A DNA stretch of 63,661 bases, filler included, from Octopus bimaculoides (taxonomy: Eukaryota): the NCBI RefSeq assembly GCF_001194135.2. It is 4 parts of 4 records of this genome, joined end to end, with 100 filler letters (N's around TTAATTAATTAA, not from the genome) between each part and the next. Parts side by side here need not be neighbours in the genome. Positions count along the whole stretch, not along the records: positions 28,077 to 59,651 come from NC_068982.1; positions 59,752 to 61,747 come from NW_026384321.1; 2 more parts are not named here. The stretch is one strand, 5' to 3'. The position numbers and the translations under genes were made by a program. Under the pieces are notes generated by a model. The model saw only the letters and a program-made list of their open reading frames with translations. It was not told where the DNA came from and ran no database searches. This document shows positions 49,186 through 61,847 of this stretch, in pieces; position 1 is the stretch's first letter; every line of letters starts with the position of its first letter.

Positions 49186-51559
49186 AACAACAAACAAGAT
49201 GAGGACAAATATCCACCAAATGTAAATAATGTACATAATTCCTCATCTCTTAAATATAGAACTGTCTGCTAAATTGTCGTGCAATGGAATGAATGCAATT
49301 TTGACATTTCAAAAGATGCGCATCGTATATGAAAGGGTGCCTATGGACCTAATCTGAAACTTTCTCAGCCCTTTAATCCTTTTATCTATGGACAATGAAC
49401 CACGTGATTCTAGGCACAAAATTCCCAATGCTACCTTCGACTAAGTGAAAATACATATTCTCCTCCTCTAAAATACATCTCTTTTGTCAAATCTCAAATC
49501 TTTTCTGAAGTTGTTGCCAGCGTCTCCGAGCGATCTAATCTGCTCGACATTTATCTTCAGATCTTGATGACAATCAAATTCCCAGTGACTCTTTTCCATT
49601 CCTCTATCCGTAAGAATTACTAAAATATTTCTTCTGTATTGTTACTAACATTTGTCTCTACGTGTATCTCGCTTCTGAAATCATCACTCTTGACGATTTT
49701 GACGAGTAGCACAATTCTTCTTCGCTCTTTGTTTCATCGATACAATAGGTGCAGCACAGACTGCATTCTTTGCTTTCTTTTATTAAACTTGCTGAACCAA
49801 AAAACCTTTAAATTTATTCTTGTTCCAGATAAACACAGTCTTTTTAGCCTTTGAATCTAAACATTATTGATTTTCTCTTAAACACTTTATCGCTGCGTGG
49901 TTTAATCTTTTATGTCCTCATCGGATCTTCTTATAACTTCCTAATTAAAGCTACTTACGCCATCTCATTCCACGGCTGCATCAGGAAATCTGTTCATTCG
50001 TTGGAACCCGTGCCATTTCTATGTTACTCATTCGAATATTGAAAGTGAGAAGAATACTTCTTACACATAGAATAAGTCAGCTGCCATCACCCACTTTTAC
50101 AAGATATGCAATAAATGAATAAATAAAAAGCAAAACTGAATCTTCGTCCTCCTTGTTAACGTCGCATAAATTATCCGAAATGCTACCAGCCCCAAACTGA
50201 CGTAATAATTAGCACTTATAGAGTTAACGTTAGTATATAACAAGCCCCCACCCCCAGCACCACCACCGATTCAATGAGAAAGCCTGAAAGAAATAGCAGC
50301 CAAATTTCACTCAAAACAAACTCCGGCGTATGTAGTTCATGAACAGAAAGGCTGATTGACTCAACAAGAACTTCAAAACCCTTTCTGCACATTCTCATTA
50401 TGTTCACACATTCAACATGTACGAATAATATTTCAATTCATTTGACCTTCCACACTCTGTCAGGCCGTTGATATTTCTACTAATCTAACCGTACGTTTCT
50501 AAGCAGAAACCTACGTCTCTCTATGGGAAGATGAAACTGCTTGTTTCATCTCAAAGGATAACTATTTTTAACCCTGCCAGCTACAGACCTGTTACACTAG
50601 TTACATACCTCAAAGCAGCAAATAGTTATCATCTTCGTACCAACATTTTAAGAAAAAACAACAAACTGCTTATTTCTCGCCTACAGGATATTTTTTATCT
50701 TCTTTGCAGTCTCTCACTCTTGTAAAAATTCATCAAAAGCAGCATTGTACTCTTTACATTAACGGAAATATTCCGTGTTGTGCAAAAGCATTCTAGAAAA
50801 TGTGCCCAACTGTTTTCTCCACCTGCATCCTATCTCTTTTTTGCATGATGCCTTCAAACCCAATGTCATCAATATATCTCATTTGCAGAGTTTTTGCAGT
50901 AAATCATAGCTGAAAATAAAGGTAACGTTATGTGTCCACATATTTCATTTCCGAGTGAATAAAGTTAGGGATCATTCTTAACTACTAGTAATTACAGTTT
51001 TAAAAATGGTAGAATTTTTGTCATTTCTAGATGCCCAAGTACCTACACAGAGGCTCACTCATTGGTCGGTGGTTGCGCTGGAAGCGGCGGTGGCGGCGGT
51101 TTTCTTTTATGTCTCAGTGCTACTTGCTATCCATCGTAAGGTTGGAGAGTCTGTAGTGGATGACTTATGCTTAACAACGGACTGCAACTACTGGAAGAAA
51201 TTTAAGAATTAAGTGAATTTATCAGTTGGAGACCGACACAATGTACATGCTACATTTATCGGAGTCTACTCTGTTGCAAGTATTCAGGGAGACCGCTGAC
51301 ATGAGAATAAATTCCTTGTGGCTTTGTAAAAGTTCACAGCGATGTCCATCCTCCTCTGACTGAGCCATAACTCCTGGCAGACAAAGCAATAAAGAGGTAA
51401 AAGGTATTTTATAGAATAGATTTTGAATGTATTCAATAAATTGAAGGTCAAAAAGGATGCTTTGCGAGTTATCCTCCTTACAATTTCGAATATTTTAAAA
51501 CCAAATTTATTAGGGTGAAAGAAAGTTCTGCTGAATTTCAAGATAAGAAATAAACAAAA

Positions 51560-52700
51560 GTTTCTTTGGCCTCAATTGATGCATTCGATCAAGGTAATAT
51601 TTCTCCCATTACTGATAAATTAATCTCATATCTTTGGTTGACTCTTCATCCTTCGGGCGAACAATTCTTCAAGTTTCGAAGCAAAGAAAGTCTCAATGTC
51701 ATTTACAAAATCTTCACAATTAGTAAAAAGCTTTTCCTCTGAATAACTTTGCAATGATATAAAAAGATGATAGTCAGGTGAGGCATGGTTAAGTGAGTAC
51801 GAAGTATAAGGTAAAACTTCGATACTTAGAAACATAATCTTTCTGTGGGTGACTGGACAATATGTGGTCTTGCATTATCGTGTTAAAGCAACGATTGATC
51901 AAAAATAGGCGATTTTTCGGCAAACTTTGTGCAATGCTTACAATTGACGACAAAACATATTTCCGTTCACTGTTTCGTTTTTGGTTGACACTTCATAATA
52001 AATGGTACACTTCATATCCTACCAAACACAGAGCAGAACATTTTACAGTGTAGATCTGGTTTGGTGATGGATTCTTTTGTATTGCGAGCTAACCCTTGTC
52101 AATTTTGTTGGATATGATTGTAGAGACCTTCACTTTGCAACTCTTTTGATGATTCTTCCAGAGAAAAGTTCAGTAGCAAGTCTACTCCTTCAATGACAAG
52201 GAGAGAGCAACTCTTTGGTTAAGCTGAGTTGTCAGATGATGACGTAACCTCTGACCAACTTTGGAAAATTTTCCTCGATCATGAATATGTTTTATGATCG
52301 AAGACTGACTTGGATTGAACTGTTTTGCTAATTCTTCTGCAATTTGTTTTGGAGTTTTCTTGACTGCGACTTTCAGAAACTCACTATTGACAAAACTATT
52401 CGTCCAGATCGAAGGTAATTTGTAAGAGAAAAGCTCAGAGACCTTAATCTTATCTACCAAATACTTCAGTTCACTGGAGGGATAAAAGTAAAATGGCGAA
52501 CTATGGCCTCTTGGCTGAAACAGCTGTAACATCTTATCTTATTTTCTATGTTCTACGTTATATATTTTAATAATTACTGGTATTTTTATATTTTATATAT
52601 TATATATGTAAAGCATAATATGTTATACATCTATGTATATTGTTATAATTGTCTTTTTAAAAAATAAATGCCCATAATATAATGTATAAAAGTTAATGAA
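51560..52700 (-). mobile_element. Old mariner transposase remnant
   Basis: LKVAVKKTPKQIAEELAKQF-x-SQSSIIKHIHDRGKFSKVGQ-x-RHHLT (second HTH/WVPHEL region), IMQDH (HDNARPH region), EVLPYTSYSLNHASPDYHLFISLQ (YSPDLAPSDYHLF region). Confidence 0.8.
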
Positions 52701-52960
52701 TACCACCTCTTGATTCCTTCCATTTTCTTATTGCTCTATAAATTAAGGGTAAAATAACTTTTACCCTCACCCATTTATTACACTCGGTAATGTAATTGCC
52801 ATGCAATGAAAAAACACTTGTGTATTAATGATTGGGTATTCTACCAGCAGTATATTGGACAGATATTATCCCTTAGTTGGCTGGATTCACAACCTCTAAC
52901 TTTCTTGGAATTTTATATATATATATATATATACATACATAGATACATAGATACATATAT

Positions 52961-52997
<37 letters not shown>

Positions 52998-53789
52998 TAC
53001 ACATTTTAAAAACTAGTTACTGATATTATCGATCCAGAATTATTAAAGGGCATAATCTCTTTAGGTGGATTTAAACTCAGATAATAGAAGGTTATATCTA
53101 AACACTTTACGATATTAACGCTGATTTTCTCTTTTATGTATAAGATTAATTACTTACATTTACTTAAGTTTAAATTTTCGTCTATATTGCCGATGATTCA
53201 TCACAAATAATCGATATTTGTTTTACATATACTTTAACGTAAATAAGTTTTACGTAATATACATCTGAATGTATGTTGTAGACTCTTTGAGAGATTAAGA
53301 TAGAACATAATTTGTTTATAGTAAATATGGAATGTTGCTGTCGGTGAAGTTTGTTAAATAAGATGAACGTATTTAAAATATGTGCTATTTGTTCAGTTAG
53401 AAACTTAACAAAAATCCACAAAGGAATGCTATGTGTTAGTTGTTTACGGAATGCAATTATTCCCCTATTAACTTTTATTTCTTAAAACTTCGCAATTAAA
53501 TAAAACATTTACAAAGGAAATATTTCCTTCTAAAACTGTCACGAAATATTCCATGTGTTATGTAAATAATTTTACAAACAAATTTACAAATATCTAACAA
53601 TAACAACAATTAATCTTTACAGTTTTTACATATTTTAAGCTGCAGCTACGAAATGTAACAATGGTACTATGTATGGACATCCGAATGATCATATATGTAA
53701 TTATGAATATATCTGAGCACCAACATGCAAACATCTTCAACAGATGTGCACATGAGAAGATGTTGAGAGAATATAACTAACATCATCAA

Positions 53790-53833
<44 letters not shown>

Positions 53834-54989
53834 CACACACAACGCACATATAACTATAGCTTTATAATATGGTGATTAACCACGAAAAATATCCAGGAGT
53901 TTAAAGCGTCTCTATTAAACATTCCATCATTCCATTAAAGGTACTACGCAGTGTGACTGAACCCGGAACCGTGTGGTTGGGAAGCAAATTGCCGTCTCAG
54001 TATCTTTCGGTACAGGTATATGTCTATGTATTATGTATTTATAGATCAAACCATCTAACTATGCAGACACACACAGACACACACACACATACACACACTA
54101 TAATACTGTGACGACTCCTCTAAACTCTCTATTGTGACATTTTAATCTCTGATTTCGATGATGCATCTCTTCCACCATCCACCAACTTACCTGTTTCTCC
54201 TTCCTACAGAATCCAAGCTCATCGTCCACTCATCCCACATATAACCGTGTACATTCTCTCAGAAGATCCAAGCCCACATTTCTACCTTCGCTAACTGTAT
54301 CTACCTCATAGAACTTGTGCCTCGACACCCACTCTTCTCACAATTTGTTGCTACTTTCCACACTTAGACAGTAAGGAAGATCCAAGGACGGCGACCACTA
54401 GCCGAAACCTGAGGAAACGGAATCCTTGATGTTGATATGTAGTTGAGACAGACACCCAGACAGCAGCAATATAAACACGGAAAACATCTTCCAAGAAACA
54501 AGAATATACAATGTAAATATTTATATGTAGTAAGAAAAGGGAGGAAGAGAATTTCGATTATCCCCAGGCAGTGAGTTGTAATGCAAATATATATATATAT
54601 ATATATATATAAGAAGGAAAATGCGCACAATGTACATAGTTTTAATATATTTTAAATGAAAGAGTATTGTGGTTGTCGACCGGTTTCGCTTTCGCTAATC
54701 ATCACATTGAAATTATTGTGATTTCGTATTCTCTTCAGAGGTTTTCAGTCCATGTTCTTGTATGAAATTTTGTGAATGAATCAACATGTAGAAAAATCTA
54801 AGAAGAGGTAATTGGTGATAGTTATTATTCGAGACAGGGGAGATAATTGCTCGTTTTTGGGGTGGGATAAATAAACATACAAAAATTCATGAGCTAAAGT
54901 AGTGAGATGAAAAATGTACAGTGAGGGATATGTAATCAGGAATTAAAATATATACTGAGATTAAAGTTGGTTATGTGTTCATATCAAAG

Positions 54990-55155
54990 TATATGACGGA
55001 CTTTTTTCAGTTTCCGTCTACCAAATCCACTCACAAGGCTATGGTCGACCCCAGGCTATATTAGAAGACAGTTGCCTAAGGTGCCACGCAGTGGGGCTGA
55101 ACTCGGAACCATGTTGTTGGCAGGGAAGCTACTTACCACACAGCCACTCCTGCAC
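54990..55155 (-). mobile_element. tRNA-derived SINE, 5' half
   Basis: TTCAGTTTCCGTCTACCAAATCCACTCACAAGG...GGTGCCACGCAGTGGGGCTGAAC. Confidence 0.75.
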
Positions 55156-55522
55156 CTATTATATATATATATATATATATATATATNNNNNNNNNNNNNN
55201 NNNNNNNNNNNNNNNNNNNNNNNNNNNNNNNNNNNNNNNNNNNNNNNNNNNNNNNNNNNNNNNNNNNNNNNNNNNNNNNNNNNNNNNNNNNNNNNNNNNN
55301 NNNNNNNNNNNNNNNNNNNNNNNNNNNNNNNNNNNNNNNNNNNNNNNNNNNNNNNNNNNNNNNNNNNNNNNNNNNNNNNNNNNNNNNNNNNNNNNNNNNN
55401 NNNNTATATATACATGTATGTATATACATACACACAGTATACACGTACACATATATAAACATATTTACCTACATTCTTACTTGCATATATACATACATGT
55501 GTTTATATATATACACGCACGC

Positions 55523-55557
<35 letters not shown>

Positions 55558-56115
55558 CATATGTGTGTGTGTGTGTGTGTATGTACATACACACATACAT
55601 ATGGTGGTGTTACATGTTTCTGCCAACAGATCTCCATGGCGGATATGTTTTCTGCAAAAAAAAAAAAAAAAAAATACTGCTATACATTTTCGTCTATATT
55701 TAATTGTGCGTGGTAGGCAAGCGCACAGACGCAGTATACCTACGCTACAAATAAATGCATTGCTGTTTATTTCTGCCTATTTTACTCATATAAACACAGT
55801 CATAATTCAATGTAGATCTAAAATGTTTAATAGCTACATACAAGTAGTTGTACGTGCCTATCTTTGGCTGTTCTGAGTTAGGAAATCTTCCTTATACTGT
55901 ACTGCGAGATCTGATCCATTATTGATCAAGTTAATCTACTTAGAATGATTGCAGAGAACAAATACTCGTACAATCAGAAATGATGTCTTACGTCAGAAGA
56001 ATGTTTTAATAAATGCTTCACTTTGGCTCTTTTTTTTCTTTCTCTATCACTCGCTAATTCTTCTCCACCTCGCTGCTACCGTCATTTGCATCATCATCAC
56101 CACCACCACCACCAC

Positions 56116-56235
56116 CTTCTTCTTCTTCTTCTTCTTCTTCTTCTTCTTCTTCTTCTTCTTCTTCTTCTTCTTCTTCTTCTTCTTCTTCTTCTTCTTCTTC
56201 TTCTTCTTCTTCTTCTTCTTCTTCTTCTTCTTCTT
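56116..56235. repeat. (CTT)n/(GAA)n triplet repeat, about 40 units, flanked by (CAC)n and (CAT)n
   Basis: Perfect CTT run. Confidence 0.95.
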
Positions 56236-56711
56236 CATCATCACCATCATCGTCATCGTTTTCTTTTTTCCTCATCATCATTTTATACATACACATGTGA
56301 AAGCATTGTTGGGGAAAATATTACACGAATACCAAAGGTAGAAGACAGGTTCACTGTTTTGTTGTTGTTGGAAAACTTTACAAACTGTTACTCGGTCAGA
56401 TTCATCTGACCTATCATCACACACAAATGAGATTTTCGAACTACTCAATGCTTTATATGTGCGTGCGCGCGCCAGAAGAAGAATGCAGCGGGATGAGTGA
56501 ATGATAAAATGATGTAATGAAACACATAAGGTGAAAATAATCGTTAGTTTTCAAAATGCTTTTAAAATTTACTCATTATTCATAATACTGAATAAAGTCT
56601 GCAAGGCGACACAGAAAAGAAATCGGTAAACGATTAACAAAGAGGAAATTGGGAACAAATTTCAGTAGCTTTTTGAGGCTGGGAAGGCAATATTCCTCTG
56701 GTGGAAGGCGT

Positions 56712-57090
56712 CGAGCTGGCAGAATGGTTGCCACACCGAGCAAGGTGTTTAGCGGCATTTCGTCCGTCTTTACGTTGTGAGTTTAAATTCCGCCGGATTC
56801 GACTTTGCCTTTCATCCTTTCGGTTTCGATAAAATAAGTACCAGTTGAACACTGGGGTCAATGTAATTGATTTATCCCTTCCCTCGAAATTGTGTCAGAA
56901 TCGTTATCACGCCGGACAACATGCTTAGCGGCGTTTCTTGTGGCTTTATGTTCCGATGACAAATTCCGCCAAAATCTTTGTCTTTCATTCTTTTGATGTC
57001 TGTGTAATAAAGCACCAGTTGAGCGCTGGTGTCGATGTAAACGACTAGCACCCCCATTCTCCCAAATTTAGGTCTTGTGTTCATAATAGA
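56712..57090 (+). mobile_element. Two tandem tRNA-derived SINE copies
   Basis: Heads GCAGAATGGTTGCCACACCG (56718) and TCAGAATCGTTATCACGCCG (56895), each followed by AAATTCCGCC and the GCCTTTCATCC-like core. Confidence 0.75.
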
Positions 57091-59049
57091 AAGAAATATT
57101 TCTCTGATGGGTCCATTTTGTGAAAATTCCATAGAAAATGCATTGATTTGCTTGAGCAAGTTACCGCTTGAATTGAAGTTGCTACTGTTCTGCCGTACCA
57201 TTTTCGCTTATGCAAAGGTGAAAACTAAGTTTCTTTCTACTGTTTCCATGCTTGAAAGCAGTTGCACAAAGAAGACCAGATTAGCTTATAATAAAGATAT
57301 TATAATTATATTTCTTGACATCTAAATATGCTTAATCTTTGTAGCAACTTTTCTGTTTTAGTTGATCAATAAATGGCAAGCGAGTAACATCCTGCCTTAA
57401 AATTATCTTTGTGATCCTGATGTAAGATTTTACCTATGAACCAACGTTTATTTGTATCTAGGAATAATATACTAATGACATGTCAGGGCAGTTTCCATTC
57501 AGGTGGCAGTCACTTGTATACGACATCCACTCTCTGTGAAGATATTATTTGAGAGACGCCTGTCCTTTCTTGTGAAATGAATATACTACTCGGTTATATT
57601 GGTGTAAACACATGCCAAGTTTTGGATTATAAAACAGTTTTCTTATTCTTATTACTACGTTTGTGATTGAAATGCCAGGATAATATTTTACAACACTATG
57701 CTATATTACACTATGTTACAACACTATGCTATGTTATGTAATTTCAAATCTTTTGCAAATAATCTACGAAGATAAACATGATATACTCCAACAAACATAA
57801 GGATGTTTAGTTGGCTATTTGACTTCTTATTCATAGAAAATAATCATATCACAAAGAAAGCTATAGTTGTATGTAAGTCTAATGTTTTATCACCAAAACT
57901 TTCGTTGAGTCAAACCCAGTATTAGTTTCAACGTAAATTCAGTGTGATTTGAAATAGCTTTCCTGCATTCATATTAATAAAACCCATTCATATTTCATAA
58001 AAGAAATAATCATCAAATCTATCCGTCCAATTTTAGCAGCGTTTTTGCGCAACTAATTAAAAATAAATCCTTCGTTCAAGCAAAGCTACCTTTACAAACA
58101 AATTTTCCTCATTCTTTTTTTACCCGACTTGCATTTTCAAAAAAGAAAGAAAATGAAAGAAAAGAGAAACAAAATAACCCAACAAGTGAGATTTCTTAAC
58201 TGCCCGGATGATGTTAAAGTTCAAACAGTAACGAATTCTGATGAAAACGATAACAATTTGCGATGTTAAACTGAAAAAAACTACCATATTTTTATCAATA
58301 ATATTATCATTCAAGTGTCAAGTTATTCATCCATAGCAGGATTATATCTCTATAATCCTGTTTATTCTATATTTTTAACTCTAAGGATTTTCCTTTTGAA
58401 TCTCGCCTAGTCTGTTTTCGTGCGGTTCATTAACCAATACTTGGGGAGGTTAATGTAATTATTCTTACGACACTTAAGCACGATGTGAGGTAGGCAAAAG
58501 GCCAAGATTCTTACCATATCATCTGTTTTAAGTATGGATACGACCTCAAAAGCGTCAAGCTTAATAGGTATGTATTAATTAATGTTGAATGTTTTGTATT
58601 TATGAGTAATGCTTCCTTAAGCATTTTTATCTAAGGCGTAGAAGTTATTTGTTCTATCAGAGTTAATCATGCTCCGATTTACCTAAAAATTCAGTGCTCT
58701 CTTTAGATGGCTTTTGAATTTCTAGAATAATATACTATTTCATGTTAAATACATTATTTTCAAATAATTAGAGGTGTTTGGTTTCAGCTGAACTTCTGCA
58801 TATCTTAATTCCACATCTATTACCGTTATCTGTTGTTGTTTTTTTTTGTTTTTGTTTGTTTTTTTTCCCCAAATCATCAAAGGAGTATGCTATCTATCTC
58901 ATTCTTCGCTTTACATTTGTTTTCTCATTTTCATCTTTTCATTTTGTTTGTTTTTCTGCTCCTTCTGTGCAACACTTTGGAGATTGTCTTTGATTATCAA
59001 GCTTCGATATGAAAGTGAAAAATTACCTGGAATGTTTTTTTTTTAAATT

Positions 59050-59651
59050 ACCAATATTTTGAAACTTCCATGAAAAGTTGGTAATGAAACAAGGAACCGA
59101 TGTTGAAATTTTGGTAGTGATCCGGGAATTTTTATGGATTCTTGAAGGATTTTTCTTTTGTTATATTTGCTTTACATGAAGTATTACAATGTTACGTTCT
59201 TTGATTATCTCCCTTGAAGACACGTTCATCGACTCCACGTAACCTATGGTGACGTTGCTGACTACAAAGTCTATTTTCGTTTCTCTATTAGTAATTTTAC
59301 TTCCGTATCTATCTTAACACTCAGGTTTTAGGTAATTGTTGCTTCTTTTTAGTTGTATGGTGAACATAGCTTGCTGTTGTCATTGATGTATTATAACTGC
59401 TTCAAATGATTCCTACTTTTAAAGGTTTTTTTAAAAAAAATCATATGGCTGTGTTATTTTTTTTAACCCCGCCAAGAAGGTTATGTTTGGGAAATTGGGC
59501 GATTTCCAGCATGCGTGTCTATGGGTGGAAACGAGCTTCTTGGCGGAGGTCTGAAATTGGGCGATTTCCAGCATGCGTGTCTATGGGTGGAAACGAGCTG
59601 CTTGCCGGAGGTCTGAAATTGGGCGATTTCCAGCATGGGTGTCTATGAGTG
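59050..59651 (+). mobile_element. Probable Helentron-associated non-autonomous element (HINE-like)
   Basis: AACCCCGCCAAGAAGG (59465-80) is inverted relative to CTTCTTGGCGGAGGT; each inverted copy is followed by a short hairpin; AAATTTTGGTAGTGATCCGG core nearby. Classification rests on recalled HINE architecture. Confidence 0.45.
59491..59651 (+). repeat. 62-bp tandem repeat, at least 2.6 copies, truncated by spacer
   Basis: Units start at 59491, 59553 and 59615 (GAAATTGGGCGATTTCCAGCATGCGTGTCTATGGGTGGAAACGAGC...GGAGGTCT). Confidence 0.95.
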
Positions 59652-59751
59652 NNNNNNNNNNNNNNNNNNNNNNNNNNNNNNNNNNNNNNNNNNNNTTAAT
59701 TAATTAANNNNNNNNNNNNNNNNNNNNNNNNNNNNNNNNNNNNNNNNNNNN
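59652..59751. other. Artificial 100-nt scaffold spacer
   Basis: 44N-TTAATTAATTAA-44N. Confidence 0.9.
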
Positions 59752-60734
59752 TAATAATAATAATAATGATGATGATGATGATGATAATGATGATGATGAT
59801 ATTATCGTGTTATTTTTCTGGATGTTTCTTTTTTTAATTCTTGCCAAATGAACACACGCACTATACATTCGTTTTGTGTCATTGAAAGACAGAATGGACT
59901 AAACACAACTGGAGCAAATACGTGGATGGGAGAGTTGATGAAGAGGTCACAAATGCGTGACGATAGAATTCCAGACTATGAAAAGAAGATAGAATAAGAA
60001 CAATAATAAGCGGGTGAAGAACGACTATACACCCAGGTGCAAGTGTTTATTTGGCAAGAAAGAAAACAAACAAACAAAGAACGACTAGCCTAAATATAAC
60101 TCTATCGGTTTCTACACGTGATTTCACCACCAGGAATCTGACAAAACAAATTTATAAACGTAATAATAAATATNNNNNNNNNNNNNNNNNNNNNNNNNNN
60201 NNNNNNNNNNNNNNNNNNNNNNNNNNNNNNNNNNNNNNNNNNNNNNNNNNNNNNNNNNNNNNNNNNNNNNNNNNNNNNNNNNNNNNNNNNNNNNNNNNNN
60301 NNNNNNNNNNNNNNNNNNNNNNNNNNNNNNNNNNNNNNNNNNNNNNNNNNNNNNNNNNNNNNNNNNNNNNNNNNNNNNNNNNNNNNNNNNNNNNNNNNNN
60401 NNNNNNNNNNNNNNNNNNNNNNNNNNNNNNNNNNNNNNNNNNNNNNNNNNNNNNNNNNNNNNNNNNNNNNNNNNNNNNNNNNNNNNNNNNNNNNNNNNNN
60501 NNNNNNNNNNNNNNNNNNNNNNNNNNNNNNNNNNNNNNNNNNNNNNNNNNNNNNNNNNNNNNNNNNNNNNNNNNNNNNNNNNNNNNNNNNNNNNNNNNNN
60601 NNNNNNNNNNNNNNNNNNNNNNNNNNNNNNNNNNNNNNNNNNNNNNNNNNNNNNNNNNNNNNNNNNNNNNNNNNNNNNNNNNNNNNNNNNNNNNNNNNNN
60701 NNNNNNNNNNNNNNNNNNNNNNNNNNNNNNNNTT

Positions 60735-60997
60735 TGGCAGAAGAACACTGAAAGAAGCCCGTTGTATATGTGTGTTTGTGTGTGTGTGTGTGTGTAATTG
60801 TGAGTCTGTGTTTGTCCCCCAACCATAGCTTGACAAGCAATGTTGGTGTGTTTACGTCCCCTTAACTTAGTGGCTCGGCAAAAGAAACCGATAAAATAAG
60901 TACTAGGCTTACAAAGAATAAGTCCTGGGGTCGATTTGTTCGACTAAAGGCCGTGCTCCAGCATGGCCGCGGTAAAATGACTGAAACAAATAAAAGA
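60735..60997 (+). mobile_element. tRNA-derived SINE, 3' part (CR1-like tail family)
   Basis: CTGAAAGAAGCCCGTTG body; tail GTGCTCCAGCATGGCCGCGG...TGACTGAAACAAATAAAAGAATAAAAGAATA. Confidence 0.8.
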
Positions 60998-61747
60998 ATA
61001 AAAGAATATGCATGTATGTATGTATGTATGTATGTATGTATGCGCACGCACAAGCTTGTGGACATGCGCATGTTAGTGCAGGCATCTGGAGTGGCACTTA
61101 CTAAATTCTATAGAAGATATATGAAATTGGAATATATTTCAAGGGAGAGAAATTAGAAATTATCTCCCTTACATCTGACAAAAACTTGGAATCTGACCGC
61201 GACGATTTTCTCTTCTGTTTTATTGACGTGCTAGAAATAGCAGCTTCCTCCACCTCAAATCCTGCTCGGCTGTCTTAAATACGAGGAGGACGCATGAAAT
61301 AATGCGACCTTAGATGCGTGTAGAATAGTAACAAATGGAGATAATTTGGCCAAAATTCTACTTGCTTAGGACTGACTAGGGGATTTAACAACAATTGCTA
61401 CCACTACCACCGCCACCACCACCACCATTACTACTATTATTATTATGTCCACGGAAACTAATTCCGTTTATGTTGCTGTTTAAACACAGGTAAACCTTGA
61501 TCGAATGTGCCTCTAATTAAAGCATTCTAAATATAATCATTTCACTAATTTTTCGCACTGCGTCACCCCATAGTATGTTTAATGCATACTTTTGATGAGC
61601 TATGAAACATTTGTATTTGAAAGAAATTTTTGTTTGACAAAAATGACCGAATTATTTCGAGTGCTAAAAAAAAAACAAAAAAAATATTAAGGGAAACAAC
61701 CCCCGAAATATATTTTTGTTGAAATTTATTATCTTCTCTTGTTTTAA

Positions 61748-61847
61748 NNNNNNNNNNNNNNNNNNNNNNNNNNNNNNNNNNNNNNNNNNNNTTAATTAAT
61801 TAANNNNNNNNNNNNNNNNNNNNNNNNNNNNNNNNNNNNNNNNNNNN
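61748..61847. other. Artificial 100-nt scaffold spacer
   Basis: 44N-TTAATTAATTAA-44N. Confidence 0.9.

Larger units (their letters stand above)
48781..49263. mobile_element. 483-bp inverted-repeat non-autonomous retroelement with 13-bp TSD
   Basis: GTCTGCTAAATTG directly repeated at 48768-48780 and 49264-49276; arms (~48781-48925 and ~49090-49232) are reverse complements; central (TTA/TTG)n plus a tRNA B-box-like segment. Confidence 0.85.

Noticed and set aside
48864-49272. ORFs with poly-N, poly-I and poly-L
   Set aside because: Translations of the (TTA/TTG)n microsatellite within the foldback element.
50845-50900. Minus-strand MRYIDDIG resembling an RT catalytic motif
   Set aside because: Flanking residues do not match RT motifs and no other RT blocks are nearby.
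54107-54520. Possible solo LTR starting TGTGACG
   Set aside because: No matching CA end with a target-site duplication, PBS or PPT identified.
59491-59651. Possible CRISPR array
   Set aside because: Units are contiguous with no unique spacers, there are no cas genes, and the context is eukaryotic.
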